The translations under genes were made by a program, and so were the position numbers. DNA of 64,000 nt from Chitinophagales bacterium. GTDB taxonomy: Bacteria; Bacteroidota; Bacteroidia; Chitinophagales; LD1. Shown here in pieces: positions 28,642 to 38,233 of the stretch (its first letter is position 1; the number at the start of each line of letters is the position of its first letter). Under the pieces are notes generated by a model. The model was given only the letters and a program-made list of their open reading frames with translations, was not told the DNA's origin and searched no databases. Location of the stretch: contig DATGWP010000167.1 of NCBI GenBank assembly GCA_035299425.1, forward strand, positions 17,155 through 81,154, in the 5' to 3' direction.

Positions 28642-29640
28642 TTAATCTTCTAACCAGAACGATGGCAGCTTTTCAGTCAACTCAATGTTCTCAAATTTCG
28701 AGCTCTTCTGAATGCCGGCCTTCTTTGCCCAGGCTTCCATTTTTGTTAAGCCTTCCAGCAGGGTTGTATTTGCCGAATCGCCAAAAATAGCCTTGGCCTT
28801 GCTATGGTCGCTATAGGCATGGGTTACCTCGTTGCGTGCCGGCAGATAGCGCAGCTCGCTCTTCAGGTTCATGGCTTCCATTACTGTGTGCGCAAGTTCT
28901 TTTACGGTATAATCTTTATCGGCACCTACGTTAATTACCTGGTTATAAGCAGCCGGTATGTTTACACAGTTGGCAATGTGCGGGGCTATGTCGCCTATAT
29001 AACTAAAGGCGCGTGTTTGCATACCATCGCCAAATACCGATAATTGCTTACCCTGCATCAACTGGTTCATAAATATACCTACCACATTGCGGTAGCGGTC
29101 GCCCAGGTTTTGGTACTCGCCATATACATTGTGCGGACGGAAAATCACATAGTTCAACCCGAACATCTCGTGCGATACTTTCAGGTCCATTTCTACTGCA
29201 TACTTGGCAATGCCGTACGGGTCTTCGGGTACCGGTACCATATCTTCTCGCAAAGGCGGCTTACCTGCACCGTATACAGCTATAGATGAAGTGAACACAA
29301 AGCACTTTACTTTAAACTTAATAGCCAGGTTAATCAGGTTAACGCTACCTATCAGGTTATTGTTGTAGTTAAACCGTTTAATAAAGTGGCTAAGGCCTTC
29401 GGCAGCATAGGCCGCCAGGTGGTATACATATTCAAACTTATGCTCTTCGAATAGTTTCTCTAACAGCACATGGTCCATAATAGACCCCTTGACGAATGTT
29501 GCTTTGGGGTTTACGTTCTCTTCGAACCCACCGCTTAAATCATCCAGTACTACTACATCGTGCCCTAAAGCCACCAGTTCATTCGTAACATGGGCACCAA
29601 TGAAACCTGCCCCTCCTGTAATCAACGATTTTATTGCCAT
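28642..29640 (-). CDS. NAD-dependent epimerase/dehydratase (UDP-glucose 4-epimerase-like extended SDR)
   Basis: ITGGAGFIG, YHLAAYAAEG, YGIAK, RPHNVYGE. Confidence 0.9.
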   Translation of the reverse strand: MAIKSLITGGAGFIGAHVTNELVALGHDVVVLDDLSGGFEENVNPKATFVKGSIMDHVLLEKLFEEHKFEYVYHLAAYAAEGLSHFIKRFNYNNNLIGSVNLINLAIKFKVKCFVFTSSIAVYGAGKPPLREDMVPVPEDPYGIAKYAVEMDLKVSHEMFGLNYVIFRPHNVYGEYQNLGDRYRNVVGIFMNQLMQGKQLSVFGDGMQTRAFSYIGDIAPHIANCVNIPAAYNQVINVGADKDYTVKELAHTVMEAMNLKSELRYLPARNEVTHAYSDHSKAKAIFGDSANTTLLEGLTKMEAWAKKAGIQKSSKFENIELTEKLPSFWLED

Positions 29641-29663
29641 TGTTTTAACTTGTTAGATGGCGC

Positions 29664-29671
29664 CAAAAATA
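29664..29671 (-). promoter_or_regulatory. Candidate -7 element (TATTTTTG) for the minus-strand epimerase-GT4 pair
   Basis: Plus-strand CAAAAATA, 23 nt upstream of ATG 29640. Confidence 0.45.
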
Positions 29672-29747
29672 ATCTTTACAATGGTATAACGAAGCCTTGC
29701 AGATACTCAATTACTATTACTTTTATACCCCTAAAATCATATCTGCC

Positions 29748-30197
29748 ATGCATAGCCAAACCTTAGCCTATTTTTTTGAACGCGACCTGCTAAAACTTAA
29801 AGAAGAATTAAACCTGTATAAAAACGAAGGCGACCTATGGGTTGTGAAAAAAGACATTAGCAACAGTGCAGGCAACCTGTGCCTGCACCTGATAGGTAAC
29901 CTTAATCACTTTATAGGTGCCACCCTGGGCAACACCGGCTATGTGCGCACGCGCGAGGTTGAGTTTGCTGCCAAGGATATACCGCGCGATAAACTGCTGG
30001 CTGATATTGATGCCGTAACCGGTATAGTAAAAACCACCCTTGGCACATTAACTGCCGATGACTTTGCTAAAGATTTCCCCCTGCGCATGCAGGATAGGGT
30101 GGTAACTACCGAACAAATGCTGCTACACCTGCTTATGCACCTGAGCTATCATTTGGGACAGATAAATTATCACCGCAGGCTTATAGCTGCTGGTTGA
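29748..30197 (+). CDS. DinB/YfiT (DUF1572-like) metal-binding four-helix protein (ORF track start 29697)
   Basis: NSAGNLCLHLIGNLNHFIG...R-x-R-x-x-EF...HLSYHLGQINYHRR. Confidence 0.85.
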   Translation: MHSQTLAYFFERDLLKLKEELNLYKNEGDLWVVKKDISNSAGNLCLHLIGNLNHFIGATLGNTGYVRTREVEFAAKDIPRDKLLADIDAVTGIVKTTLGTLTADDFAKDFPLRMQDRVVTTEQMLLHLLMHLSYHLGQINYHRRLIAAG

Positions 30198-30314
30198 AAC
30201 CTGCCGGTACATGATAACCGGACATTACGCAGCATTACAAGGAACATATTTGACAATTTGAAGAAGGTAGCTTATATTATACAATTGTAGCACACCTGTA
30301 TGCCAATAATGGCC

Positions 30315-30322
30315 TATATTTG
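30315..30322 (+). promoter_or_regulatory. Candidate -7 element (TATATTTG) for the fibre gene
   Basis: Exact TAnnTTTG match 30 nt upstream of ATG 30353. Confidence 0.45.
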
Positions 30323-30352
30323 AGTATTCCTTAGTTCATAAATCCCCCGGTA

Positions 30353-33300
30353 ATGAAAAATAATCTACTCTTATCTTTAACGTTATTGATATTCAGCGTT
30401 CCGGCCTTTTCTCAGAACGTAGGTATAGGTACCAATAACCCTCAAACCAAATTGCAGGTAGCAGGGGCAATTAGTTCTACGCCGGTTTCGGCACCAGCGC
30501 AGGCGGCTTATGTTATTCCCGATAATACCTCGGTGTTCCGCCTGACAGGCGTAGCGGGTACACAAGGTAACGCCCTTAGCATGGCCACACCAAAGGAAGG
30601 ACAATACCTTATTATTTTTAACGATGATAATGATGTTGCCACATTTGGCGGGTTTAACTTATCGGCGGGGGCAACTATTACTTTAAATTACATAAATGGA
30701 GCCTGGCGACTTACAGGCAGAAGTGATGCAGTAGGCCCTACCGGGGCTACAGGGGCTACCGGTTCTGCCGGAGCTACGGGCCCACAGGGTAATGCAGGCC
30801 CGGTTGGCGCCAGTGGTGCCGATGGTAAAAATGCGTATACGACAACTACTACAGGTTATACCCAGCCTGTATTGGGAAACAACGTATCGGTAAGCGTGGC
30901 AAACACCAGCTGGATGACAACCGGCCAGGCAGTGTTTGTGGGTGGCAGCGGTGGTTATTACATAGTAAACAGTATTACAAACAGCACCACCGTGGTGCTT
31001 ACCTATTTGGGTGGTGGCAGTACAGGTACTGTAGGTGCAGCAGGCTCAGGTGTTTCGGCTTCGGGCCAAACCGGAGCACAAGGGGTAACCGGCGCGCAAG
31101 GCAGTGTGGGCGCTACAGGGCCACAGGGTAGTGCAGGTCCTACGGGTGCTCAGGGTACTGCTGGCGCAACCGGCGCTCAAGGACCAACCGGCGCACAAGG
31201 CATTGCAGGCCCTACAGGTGCACAAGGCACCGCAGGTGCAACAGGAGCGCAGGGTAGCGTTGGACCAACCGGTGCGCAAGGCCCGGCAGGTTCGTTAAGC
31301 GCGGGTACTGCAGCAGGCAATACAACTTACTGGAACGGCACCACATGGGTGCTTAACAGCAGCAATATTTATAATAACGGTGGTAATGTGGGTATAGGCA
31401 CAGCCTCACCAGGCACAAAACTGGATGTTACAGGAGCTATTCGCACCAATAACCAGCTCATTTCAACTGTAGCAACCGGCACTGCTCCCGTGGCTGTTAG
31501 TTCTGCCACAATGGCCCCCAACCTTAACGCCGACCGTGTAGATGACAGACATCTCTCTGAAATTCAATTTCAACAGTCTGGCAGGGATTTTCCAAACGGA
31601 ACACTTATACAATCAGATATTGATTACTCTGTAGCCAATGGAGACCCCTGGTTGTTTGAAATAGAAGGTAACTCGTACGGTCAAATTGTGCCTATAGACA
31701 TAAAGATTCAGGGTTATATTTATTACGATTCGCTTATTAACGTAGGCGGTATTTCGAACGGAACCGGCATTACAGGATTATCCGCTTTTAATTATGGTGG
31801 CAAATTATGTTTCTGGTTCCCTTACCAGGCATACTGGAATGGTTATAGCGTGTTTATTAACGATAGCTACAACGGTGTTAAACACAACCGGCTGGTTTCC
31901 ATTACGCATGTAGCCAAACCGGGCGGTGTTACTAAAGAAGTTGCCCTTACACCTAAAATTCGCCAATCGTGGCACTCGGGTAACTTTACACCGGGCAGTT
32001 ATTCGGCAGGTACCGGCACAGCAAATACCGTTTCAAAATTTATAACATCCACTACTATTGGTGATAGTAAGATAACCGATGACGGGGTAAATACCATTAA
32101 TGCGGGCAGCCGCTGGTTCCGTGTAAACGGTAAAGAAGCTATTGATGGTAACGATAGCTGGTTACGGTTAAACCAGGCTGGTGCCTATGCCAGCGGGATA
32201 TATACTCCGGGCTTTTTCAGAGCCGATGGGGGTATTGCCTCGGGCGGTGTGGGTGCTTCGGCTGGTATTGTAAATGCGCTTACCGGTTACCAGGTTAATA
32301 GTGGCGCTGCCAGTGGTACGTATTTACGAGGTAACGGAACCAATTACGTATCATCGGGCATTCAAGCTGCAGATGTACCAACCCTTAACCAAAACACTAC
32401 CGGTTACGCTACCTATTTAAAATCGCCTTACCCTTATAACATAAATATTAGCGATGCTACTACTGCTGCCAGTTTATGCGAGCCTGCCAGCCTTAGCTCT
32501 GTAAACATGCATGCATCGCATGGTTTATTCGGCAGCTGGGCTACTACTTTGACCATGTCGGGTTACGACCGCTACGGCGCTTACCAGATAAGCGGAAATT
32601 ATAATAGCGGAACTCCTGAACTGGCAATCCGCAATTATGTGCAAGGTACCAGCACATGGAACTCGTGGGTTAAGCTGATTACTACTGCTAATATTGGAAG
32701 CTATGCCGATAACCTGGGTAACCATACCGCCACTACTAATCTTAACATGAATGCAAGAAATATTAGTGCAGTTGGCGACATAGTATCTGACCAATATACG
32801 GGTATGGGCTTGGTAGGTCTTTACGATCCTACCAAATATCAAAACGTATGGTCAATGGGTGGTTCATACCGCTTACCCTCTAACGGAGCCAGTCCGGGCA
32901 ATTTGTATGGACTTGCCTTTTCATATAATCCCGATTACGGTGGGGCAGGTAACAACGCACAGGCTAAAGCAGGTTTAAACCACCAGCTGCTTCTTATGAT
33001 GAATGGAGTTACTTATACTGCTTTAGGTAATGGTATGTGGACTAACGGCAATTTGCGCTTTGGCACTTACCTGTTAGGAAACGACAAGTATGCCATTGAT
33101 GCCGGAGACAGCTGGCTAAGGTTGAACCAGCAGAATAGCTTTGGAAATGGTACGTATAGCCCTTATTTAATAAGAGCTGATGGAGGCTTTAATGTAGACG
33201 ACCAAACAGTAATAGATAATGACGGAGGCTGGCACAGAACTTACGGTGCTACCGGCTGGTATAACAATACTTACCAGGGTGGATGGTATATGGCCGATGC

Positions 33301-34360
33301 CACATGGATAAGAAATTACAATCAAAAAAAATTGTATTTTGATACAGATGGCGGCGATAACACAGAAACTGCACGTACTGATATGCAAAGTGCCACGCAA
33401 GACCATGCATTGACAAGCGAGAATGATGTTTGGGGATACGTTGGTTTTAGCAACCAGCGGTGGTGGACCATGTATGCTTACAATGGCTTTGGCACTTCAA
33501 GTTTAAAGCACAAGACAGATGTTCACGAATTAACCGGCGCAGAAATTGACAAAAGTCTTACTGATTTAAATAAAATCCAATCCATTACTTACAAATGGAA
33601 TAAATCAGTTTGGGAGCAGATGAATGGCAATTTTGCAGATAACCGTTTGCATGAGGCCGGAGAAAAACCAGACCCGAATTTCCAAGTTCCTTCATGGATG
33701 GGCTTTTCGGTAGAAAGCCTTCCACAGAACATTGTTGACGAAACAGGCGAAAACTACCAATACGGCGCTATGTTTGGTTTATTAGTATCTGCTACAAAAG
33801 CGCTTACAAAGCGAACAGAAATATTAGCAGAGGCGCTGGATGTAAATTTTGAAGAGCTAAAAACAGCAAAGTCTGTAACCAAAAATATTTCAGATTTTGG
33901 TACTGCATCGGCCAATGCTAAAGAAACCTGGATTAATTTTTCAGATGAATTTACCCACCAGTTGAATGGCAAAACTCCAACTGTTACTATCAGTTCCTCG
34001 CAGGCAGGTGTAACTATTTCGGTAGTTGAGAAATCGGCGAAAGGGTTTAAAGTAGTTTCCAGTTCGGAAAAACCTGTTGATTTTGATTACATAGCTATGG
34101 GCAAAACAGTAATTGAATTTCCAGACTATGCTTCGACAGTTGAAAAGCCCATGCAAAAAGCGGATATCAATGCATGGTATACAAACATCTCTAAAAAGAA
34201 TAAGACTTTACCTGTACAGGTAGGTAACCCTGCCGAGGAAGCCCTGGCAAAACAACAAAAGAAAACTGTTGACCCTACCCTAAAAGGCACCTACATTGAA
34301 CCGGTTAAAGAAGTAGCTCCACCGGCACAAGCGTCCCCGGCGAATACAAATCCGAAATAG
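30353..34360 (+). CDS. Secreted collagen-repeat / phage tail-fibre-like protein with C-terminal S74-type intramolecular chaperone domain
   Basis: Signal peptide ending AFSQ; NVGIGTxxP repeats; two Gly-X-Y tracts; DNLGNHTATTNL; GWYNNTYQGGWYMADATWIR; TSSLKHKTDV (SxxxxK) followed by a coiled coil (LLVSATKALTKRTEIL). Confidence 0.75.
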   Translation: MKNNLLLSLTLLIFSVPAFSQNVGIGTNNPQTKLQVAGAISSTPVSAPAQAAYVIPDNTSVFRLTGVAGTQGNALSMATPKEGQYLIIFNDDNDVATFGGFNLSAGATITLNYINGAWRLTGRSDAVGPTGATGATGSAGATGPQGNAGPVGASGADGKNAYTTTTTGYTQPVLGNNVSVSVANTSWMTTGQAVFVGGSGGYYIVNSITNSTTVVLTYLGGGSTGTVGAAGSGVSASGQTGAQGVTGAQGSVGATGPQGSAGPTGAQGTAGATGAQGPTGAQGIAGPTGAQGTAGATGAQGSVGPTGAQGPAGSLSAGTAAGNTTYWNGTTWVLNSSNIYNNGGNVGIGTASPGTKLDVTGAIRTNNQLISTVATGTAPVAVSSATMAPNLNADRVDDRHLSEIQFQQSGRDFPNGTLIQSDIDYSVANGDPWLFEIEGNSYGQIVPIDIKIQGYIYYDSLINVGGISNGTGITGLSAFNYGGKLCFWFPYQAYWNGYSVFINDSYNGVKHNRLVSITHVAKPGGVTKEVALTPKIRQSWHSGNFTPGSYSAGTGTANTVSKFITSTTIGDSKITDDGVNTINAGSRWFRVNGKEAIDGNDSWLRLNQAGAYASGIYTPGFFRADGGIASGGVGASAGIVNALTGYQVNSGAASGTYLRGNGTNYVSSGIQAADVPTLNQNTTGYATYLKSPYPYNINISDATTAASLCEPASLSSVNMHASHGLFGSWATTLTMSGYDRYGAYQISGNYNSGTPELAIRNYVQGTSTWNSWVKLITTANIGSYADNLGNHTATTNLNMNARNISAVGDIVSDQYTGMGLVGLYDPTKYQNVWSMGGSYRLPSNGASPGNLYGLAFSYNPDYGGAGNNAQAKAGLNHQLLLMMNGVTYTALGNGMWTNGNLRFGTYLLGNDKYAIDAGDSWLRLNQQNSFGNGTYSPYLIRADGGFNVDDQTVIDNDGGWHRTYGATGWYNNTYQGGWYMADATWIRNYNQKKLYFDTDGGDNTETARTDMQSATQDHALTSENDVWGYVGFSNQRWWTMYAYNGFGTSSLKHKTDVHELTGAEIDKSLTDLNKIQSITYKWNKSVWEQMNGNFADNRLHEAGEKPDPNFQVPSWMGFSVESLPQNIVDETGENYQYGAMFGLLVSATKALTKRTEILAEALDVNFEELKTAKSVTKNISDFGTASANAKETWINFSDEFTHQLNGKTPTVTISSSQAGVTISVVEKSAKGFKVVSSSEKPVDFDYIAMGKTVIEFPDYASTVEKPMQKADINAWYTNISKKNKTLPVQVGNPAEEALAKQQKKTVDPTLKGTYIEPVKEVAPPAQASPANTNPK
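30733..31291 (+). repeat. Collagen-like Gly-X-Y coding repeats in two tracts (about 30733-30825 and 31064-31291)
   Basis: GPTGATGATGSAGATGPQG... and GQTGAQGVTGAQG...GPTGAQGPAG. Degenerate 9-nt periodicity. Confidence 0.9.
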
Positions 34361-34375
34361 CTATTTAGAAATACA

Positions 34376-34420
34376 TAATAAAACAGCCTGTCAATTAATC
34401 ATCGACAGGCTGTTTTATTA
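34376..34420. terminator. Bidirectional intrinsic terminator between convergent genes
   Basis: TAATAAAACAGCCTGTC - 11-nt loop - GACAGGCTGTTTTATTA (17-bp perfect stem). Confidence 0.88.
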
Positions 34421-34444
34421 CCGGCAACGGAACTTATACGTTCA

Positions 34445-36679
34445 TTACTCAGCAAAAAGCTCCTGCAGCTTATTGAAGGACTTTACGTTGTTAGGTCGTT
34501 TCATCGAGCGCATGATGTCGCTTTTATCGCGGGTGGTCAGGTGCAGGCTCATAGCGGCTTTGTTTTCTACTTTTTCACTGGTGTATTCAAACAATACAAA
34601 TTGCAGTTTGCCGCGCAGTTCTTCGCTCATTTCATCCAACCGGTAATCGGTAAGAAAATCCTGCATGTTTTCCATATTGGTGTACACGGTACCCAGCGGG
34701 TCGGTAATGCGGGCAAACACGGTTTTCTTCTCGGAGGCTGCGGGCTCTTCAAATTTTTCTGAATCGCGTATTTGTATAATAACTACACCGCTCGTGTTTT
34801 TGTCTATCCAGTCGCCAAAGGTGTTTAAAAACCGAAGTGTAGTTTCAATACCAAAGTTATCCAATGCACCGCCATCCATTACATAGGTTGAGGGTTCGCT
34901 GGGTAGCACCGAATTGGGGAAGAAAAAAGGGAAAGTGGCGTTCATGCGCATGGCAGAAGTAACCAATAAGCTATCGCTGGCTTGCTTTTTAAAGAAACGG
35001 CCAAAATCTATCGCATCTATCTCCAGGCGGTTATCCAGTGCCTTTTTGCCATGCGGGCGCATTAAGAATGATACCGGCTGCGGACTTATATAATAGCGAC
35101 GCGAATCGTTCATAATGGTAGTGTGAAAAATAAGCAAAGGAATTTTGGCACTGTATTCATCCTGCCGGTAATCGCCAATTGTTTTTTCGAATGGGAACTG
35201 CAGGTTGCGGCAGTAGAATTTCTCAAACACATAGCCACGGTCTACGCTGTACTTTTTATCGTTTAGTTTAAACTTATGAAACGGTATAAGCACATCGTTG
35301 CTGATAATAGAAAGCGCAATGGGGTTCAGCACATCCTTTGATACATTTTCAGTGTATTGCGGGTCAGATAGATTGATAGGAAAGCCGTTTTTCTTTTGCA
35401 AAAACAACTCGCGCAAATAGGTAGTGGCAAACATGCCGCCCGATGCACCGCTTATTAAAAATGTTTTGTCTAACAGGTTGCCTTTAGCCAGGCTATCGCA
35501 AAACTGCAGCGTTACCATAGAGTACATAGCCGCCCGCAAACCGCCCCCACTCACATTTACAAAGTACATTTTAGGTTTCTTAAATGGATTGCGCGGGTCG
35601 GTGTTTTTGTGCAGCCAGTTTTCGAGTATGGGCTTAAAATATTCCTTATCCTGCGCTATGAGCGAATCGGACGATAACTCGCGGAAAGTTTCGAGGTTGT
35701 AGCGCGCACGCGTGCTATAGTTAAGTCCGTAAGCCCGGCTTTGAAAACCAAATACATCGTACTGGGTAAGGTAGTTGGCTACCAGTAAAAACACAATGAT
35801 AGCCGCCGAGCCCCAGCCACCGGTCCAGTACAGAAACATGCCAAACAGCGACATGAGCAAACTAACAAAAAGGAAACCAGTGGCGGCAATAGGAAACTGA
35901 AAAAAGGGATTCTCAAGAAAAAAACCCATGCTTACCAACAAGGTCATGGTAACCAAAAAAGCCATAAAGGCATTCCAGTGATGGCGGCGGAAAACCAATT
36001 GGTGTAGCTTAGGGTCGTAATGGTCTACCGTGCGGGTATGGCGTATGTTGAATTTATTGGTAAGGTAAAATTCTACCTTATTAAGCTCTTCACGCTGAAG
36101 CGTATCACTAAACTGCACCCGCCGCACAGCCCTTTTGCGCCGAACCCGTTCTTTATTCTCCTGTATTATGCTGCCGGTGTTTTTATTGGTAAAATTGAAG
36201 TAAACCGCGGTGATTAATATTACCAGTATGAAGCCTGCAGTAAAGCCTAAAATTTCAAAAACAATTTGCCACGGAGTTTCGAACTCGTACTGTACCCTGA
36301 AGATAATAACAGATACTATGTAAGTAATAATAAAGATGCCCGGTATAAGGGCATTGTTTAGCACAAACATACCCAGGGGGTACTGCAGGCTGGCCATAAA
36401 AGGGAACCGGTGCGAGTTAAGAATATACATCACCACATTCCAGGTAATAAACATAGCACCAAAGCCTATACCCACTACAGCAAAACTAAGGTAACCTACA
36501 TTACCTAAATATTCGGGATCGAGTAGTACCGAGTGAGTGCCTATCCCCGCGCCAAATTTGCCTACTATAATGGCAAACATGAGTAGCCAGAAAAAAAGCA
36601 AAAACTGGTGCCGCTTAAAGGACAGCAACAACAACTGTACGGGGAATGAGTAATAAATATCCTTAAACAGCGTAAGCAT
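34445..36679 (-). CDS. Polytopic membrane protein with C-terminal patatin/cPLA2-like domain
   Basis: Several hydrophobic helices in the N-terminal half, then VSGGGLRAA (GGGxR), ISGASGG (GxSxG) and DGGALDNFG (DGG). Confidence 0.75.
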   Translation of the reverse strand: MLTLFKDIYYSFPVQLLLLSFKRHQFLLFFWLLMFAIIVGKFGAGIGTHSVLLDPEYLGNVGYLSFAVVGIGFGAMFITWNVVMYILNSHRFPFMASLQYPLGMFVLNNALIPGIFIITYIVSVIIFRVQYEFETPWQIVFEILGFTAGFILVILITAVYFNFTNKNTGSIIQENKERVRRKRAVRRVQFSDTLQREELNKVEFYLTNKFNIRHTRTVDHYDPKLHQLVFRRHHWNAFMAFLVTMTLLVSMGFFLENPFFQFPIAATGFLFVSLLMSLFGMFLYWTGGWGSAAIIVFLLVANYLTQYDVFGFQSRAYGLNYSTRARYNLETFRELSSDSLIAQDKEYFKPILENWLHKNTDPRNPFKKPKMYFVNVSGGGLRAAMYSMVTLQFCDSLAKGNLLDKTFLISGASGGMFATTYLRELFLQKKNGFPINLSDPQYTENVSKDVLNPIALSIISNDVLIPFHKFKLNDKKYSVDRGYVFEKFYCRNLQFPFEKTIGDYRQDEYSAKIPLLIFHTTIMNDSRRYYISPQPVSFLMRPHGKKALDNRLEIDAIDFGRFFKKQASDSLLVTSAMRMNATFPFFFPNSVLPSEPSTYVMDGGALDNFGIETTLRFLNTFGDWIDKNTSGVVIIQIRDSEKFEEPAASEKKTVFARITDPLGTVYTNMENMQDFLTDYRLDEMSEELRGKLQFVLFEYTSEKVENKAAMSLHLTTRDKSDIMRSMKRPNNVKSFNKLQELFAE

Positions 36680-36772
36680 GGGCAATATATTCAGCTACAA
36701 TAAACTGAAAAGAAGTGAATGCTATAGGCTACTAATCAACGCTTAAATGTGCTTGTGTATAGTAGTATACAA

Positions 36773-37375
36773 CTAAGGCATCTTCACCTCTGCCAGTTGC
36801 ATAGTCCAGCCGATATCTAAAAGATAGATAAGCGGAAACTTAAAAGATTCCAGCACCTGCACGGTATATTTAATATCGCTGCCACCCTGCAGTTCCCATC
36901 CCGGTATGGCTACCAGGTTACCGTTCAGATTAAAATTAAACTCGCCTATGGTGTTGCTAAGCGCGGTAGTGGTATCGCTGGCACCATTTACCTTTATGTT
37001 GGCTGCAGAGGTAGCCGATATATCGTTGAACATTTTTTGGCTTAGAAACAGGGCTGTTTCTTTATCCAGCTTAGTATCGCCACCGGTAAAATAATTGTTA
37101 AGTGCATCTGCTTTGGTTACGGCAGCATTGGTAACACTTACAGTACCAGACTGCGGTGTGTTCTCGGTGGTTTTCCAGAAAAAAGAGATTTCTTCTCCCG
37201 CCTTTTTTAGCGTAGCTATCAACTGGTATTTTTTGCCACCTGAGTTTACATCGTACGTGAGTTGTGTTCCGGGCATCATGCTCTTTTCATAAGCTGCCAG
37301 GTCTTCAATATTTTGTGCAGGCAATACAAAAGCAAGTAATTGTATGGCAAATACGAGGCAGGTAGATTTTAGCAT
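36773..37375 (-). CDS. Hypothetical exported protein (ORF track start 37444)
   Basis: Signal-peptide-like MLKSTCLVFAIQLLAFVLPAQ; beta-rich body; no recognised family. Confidence 0.7.
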   Translation of the reverse strand: MLKSTCLVFAIQLLAFVLPAQNIEDLAAYEKSMMPGTQLTYDVNSGGKKYQLIATLKKAGEEISFFWKTTENTPQSGTVSVTNAAVTKADALNNYFTGGDTKLDKETALFLSQKMFNDISATSAANIKVNGASDTTTALSNTIGEFNFNLNGNLVAIPGWELQGGSDIKYTVQVLESFKFPLIYLLDIGWTMQLAEVKMP

Positions 37376-37471
37376 GGCATATGGGTATTGGTTACCATAA
37401 AAGTAAGTATTAAGCCCAAATGCGAAGGAAACTTTGAATAACACAGATAACTACCTGTTTCTACTGCTATA

Positions 37472-37504
37472 TTAAAAATGTGTTAACCTTGGCTTAACAT
37501 TGGG
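37472..37504 (+). promoter_or_regulatory. Three in-phase 11-bp direct repeats (Pho-box/OmpR-type operator) upstream of the response regulator
   Basis: TTAAAAATGTG / TTAACCTTGGC / TTAACATTGGG at 37472, 37483 and 37494, followed by a -7-like TACCTTCG at 37509-37516. Confidence 0.55.
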
Positions 37505-37537
37505 AAGCTACCTTCGCATTAAATAAAAAATGGCAAA

Positions 37538-38218
37538 ATGGACGTAAATGATTTTAAAGTTTTACTGGTAGATGATGAAACCGATGTGTTGGATTTTATG
37601 AAATATAACCTTGAGAAGGAAGGTTTTTGGGTATACACTGCCAGTAACGGGATAGAGGCTATACAAATGGCCAAGAAAATGAACCCACACCTGATAATAC
37701 TGGACCTGATGATGCCCAAAATGGACGGTATAGAAACCTGCCGCGAATTGCGTAACCTACCGGAGTTTAAAAACACCATTATCACTTTTCTTACAGCACG
37801 CGATGAAGACTATTCGCAGATAGCAGGTTTTGAAGTGGGTGCCGATGATTATATAACTAAACCTATTAAACCACGCGTATTTATCAGCCGCATAAAAGCC
37901 CTTTTGCGCAGGCTGGAAACCAACGAAACGGCTGGCAAACTGGTAGTAGGTAATATAGAAATTGACCGCGAGCGCTACCTGGTTATAAAAGATGGCAATG
38001 AAATTTCGCTGCCACGCAAAGAGTTTGAACTGCTAAACCTGCTTATAAGCAAACCAGGCCGTGTTTTTAAGCGTGAAGAGATATTAAGCAAAGTGTGGGG
38101 CAACGATACTATTGTAGGCGACAGAACCATTGATGTACACATACGTAAGCTCCGCGAAAAAATAGGTGACGACTACTTTAAAACCATCAAGGGTATTGGG
38201 TATAAATTTGATGCCTAA
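37538..38218 (+). CDS. OmpR/PhoB-family response regulator (PhoP-like), no adjacent sensor kinase
   Basis: LLVDDE, ILDLMMPKMDG, LTAR, GADDYITKP, winged-helix DRTIDVHIRKLREK, GIGYKF. Confidence 0.93.
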   Translation: MDVNDFKVLLVDDETDVLDFMKYNLEKEGFWVYTASNGIEAIQMAKKMNPHLIILDLMMPKMDGIETCRELRNLPEFKNTIITFLTARDEDYSQIAGFEVGADDYITKPIKPRVFISRIKALLRRLETNETAGKLVVGNIEIDRERYLVIKDGNEISLPRKEFELLNLLISKPGRVFKREEILSKVWGNDTIVGDRTIDVHIRKLREKIGDDYFKTIKGIGYKFDA

Positions 38219-38233
38219 TCACAGCTTTCTGGT

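Noticed and set aside
30733-31291. Periodic GC-rich repeat that might be a CRISPR array or VNTR
   Set aside because: It has degenerate 9-nt periodicity that encodes in-frame Gly-X-Y collagen. There are no identical repeats with unique spacers and no cas genes.
30353-34360. Prophage or tailocin remnant
   Set aside because: No integrase, capsid, baseplate, sheath, lysis gene or att-like repeats nearby. The gene is intact with a Sec signal, promoter motif and terminator.
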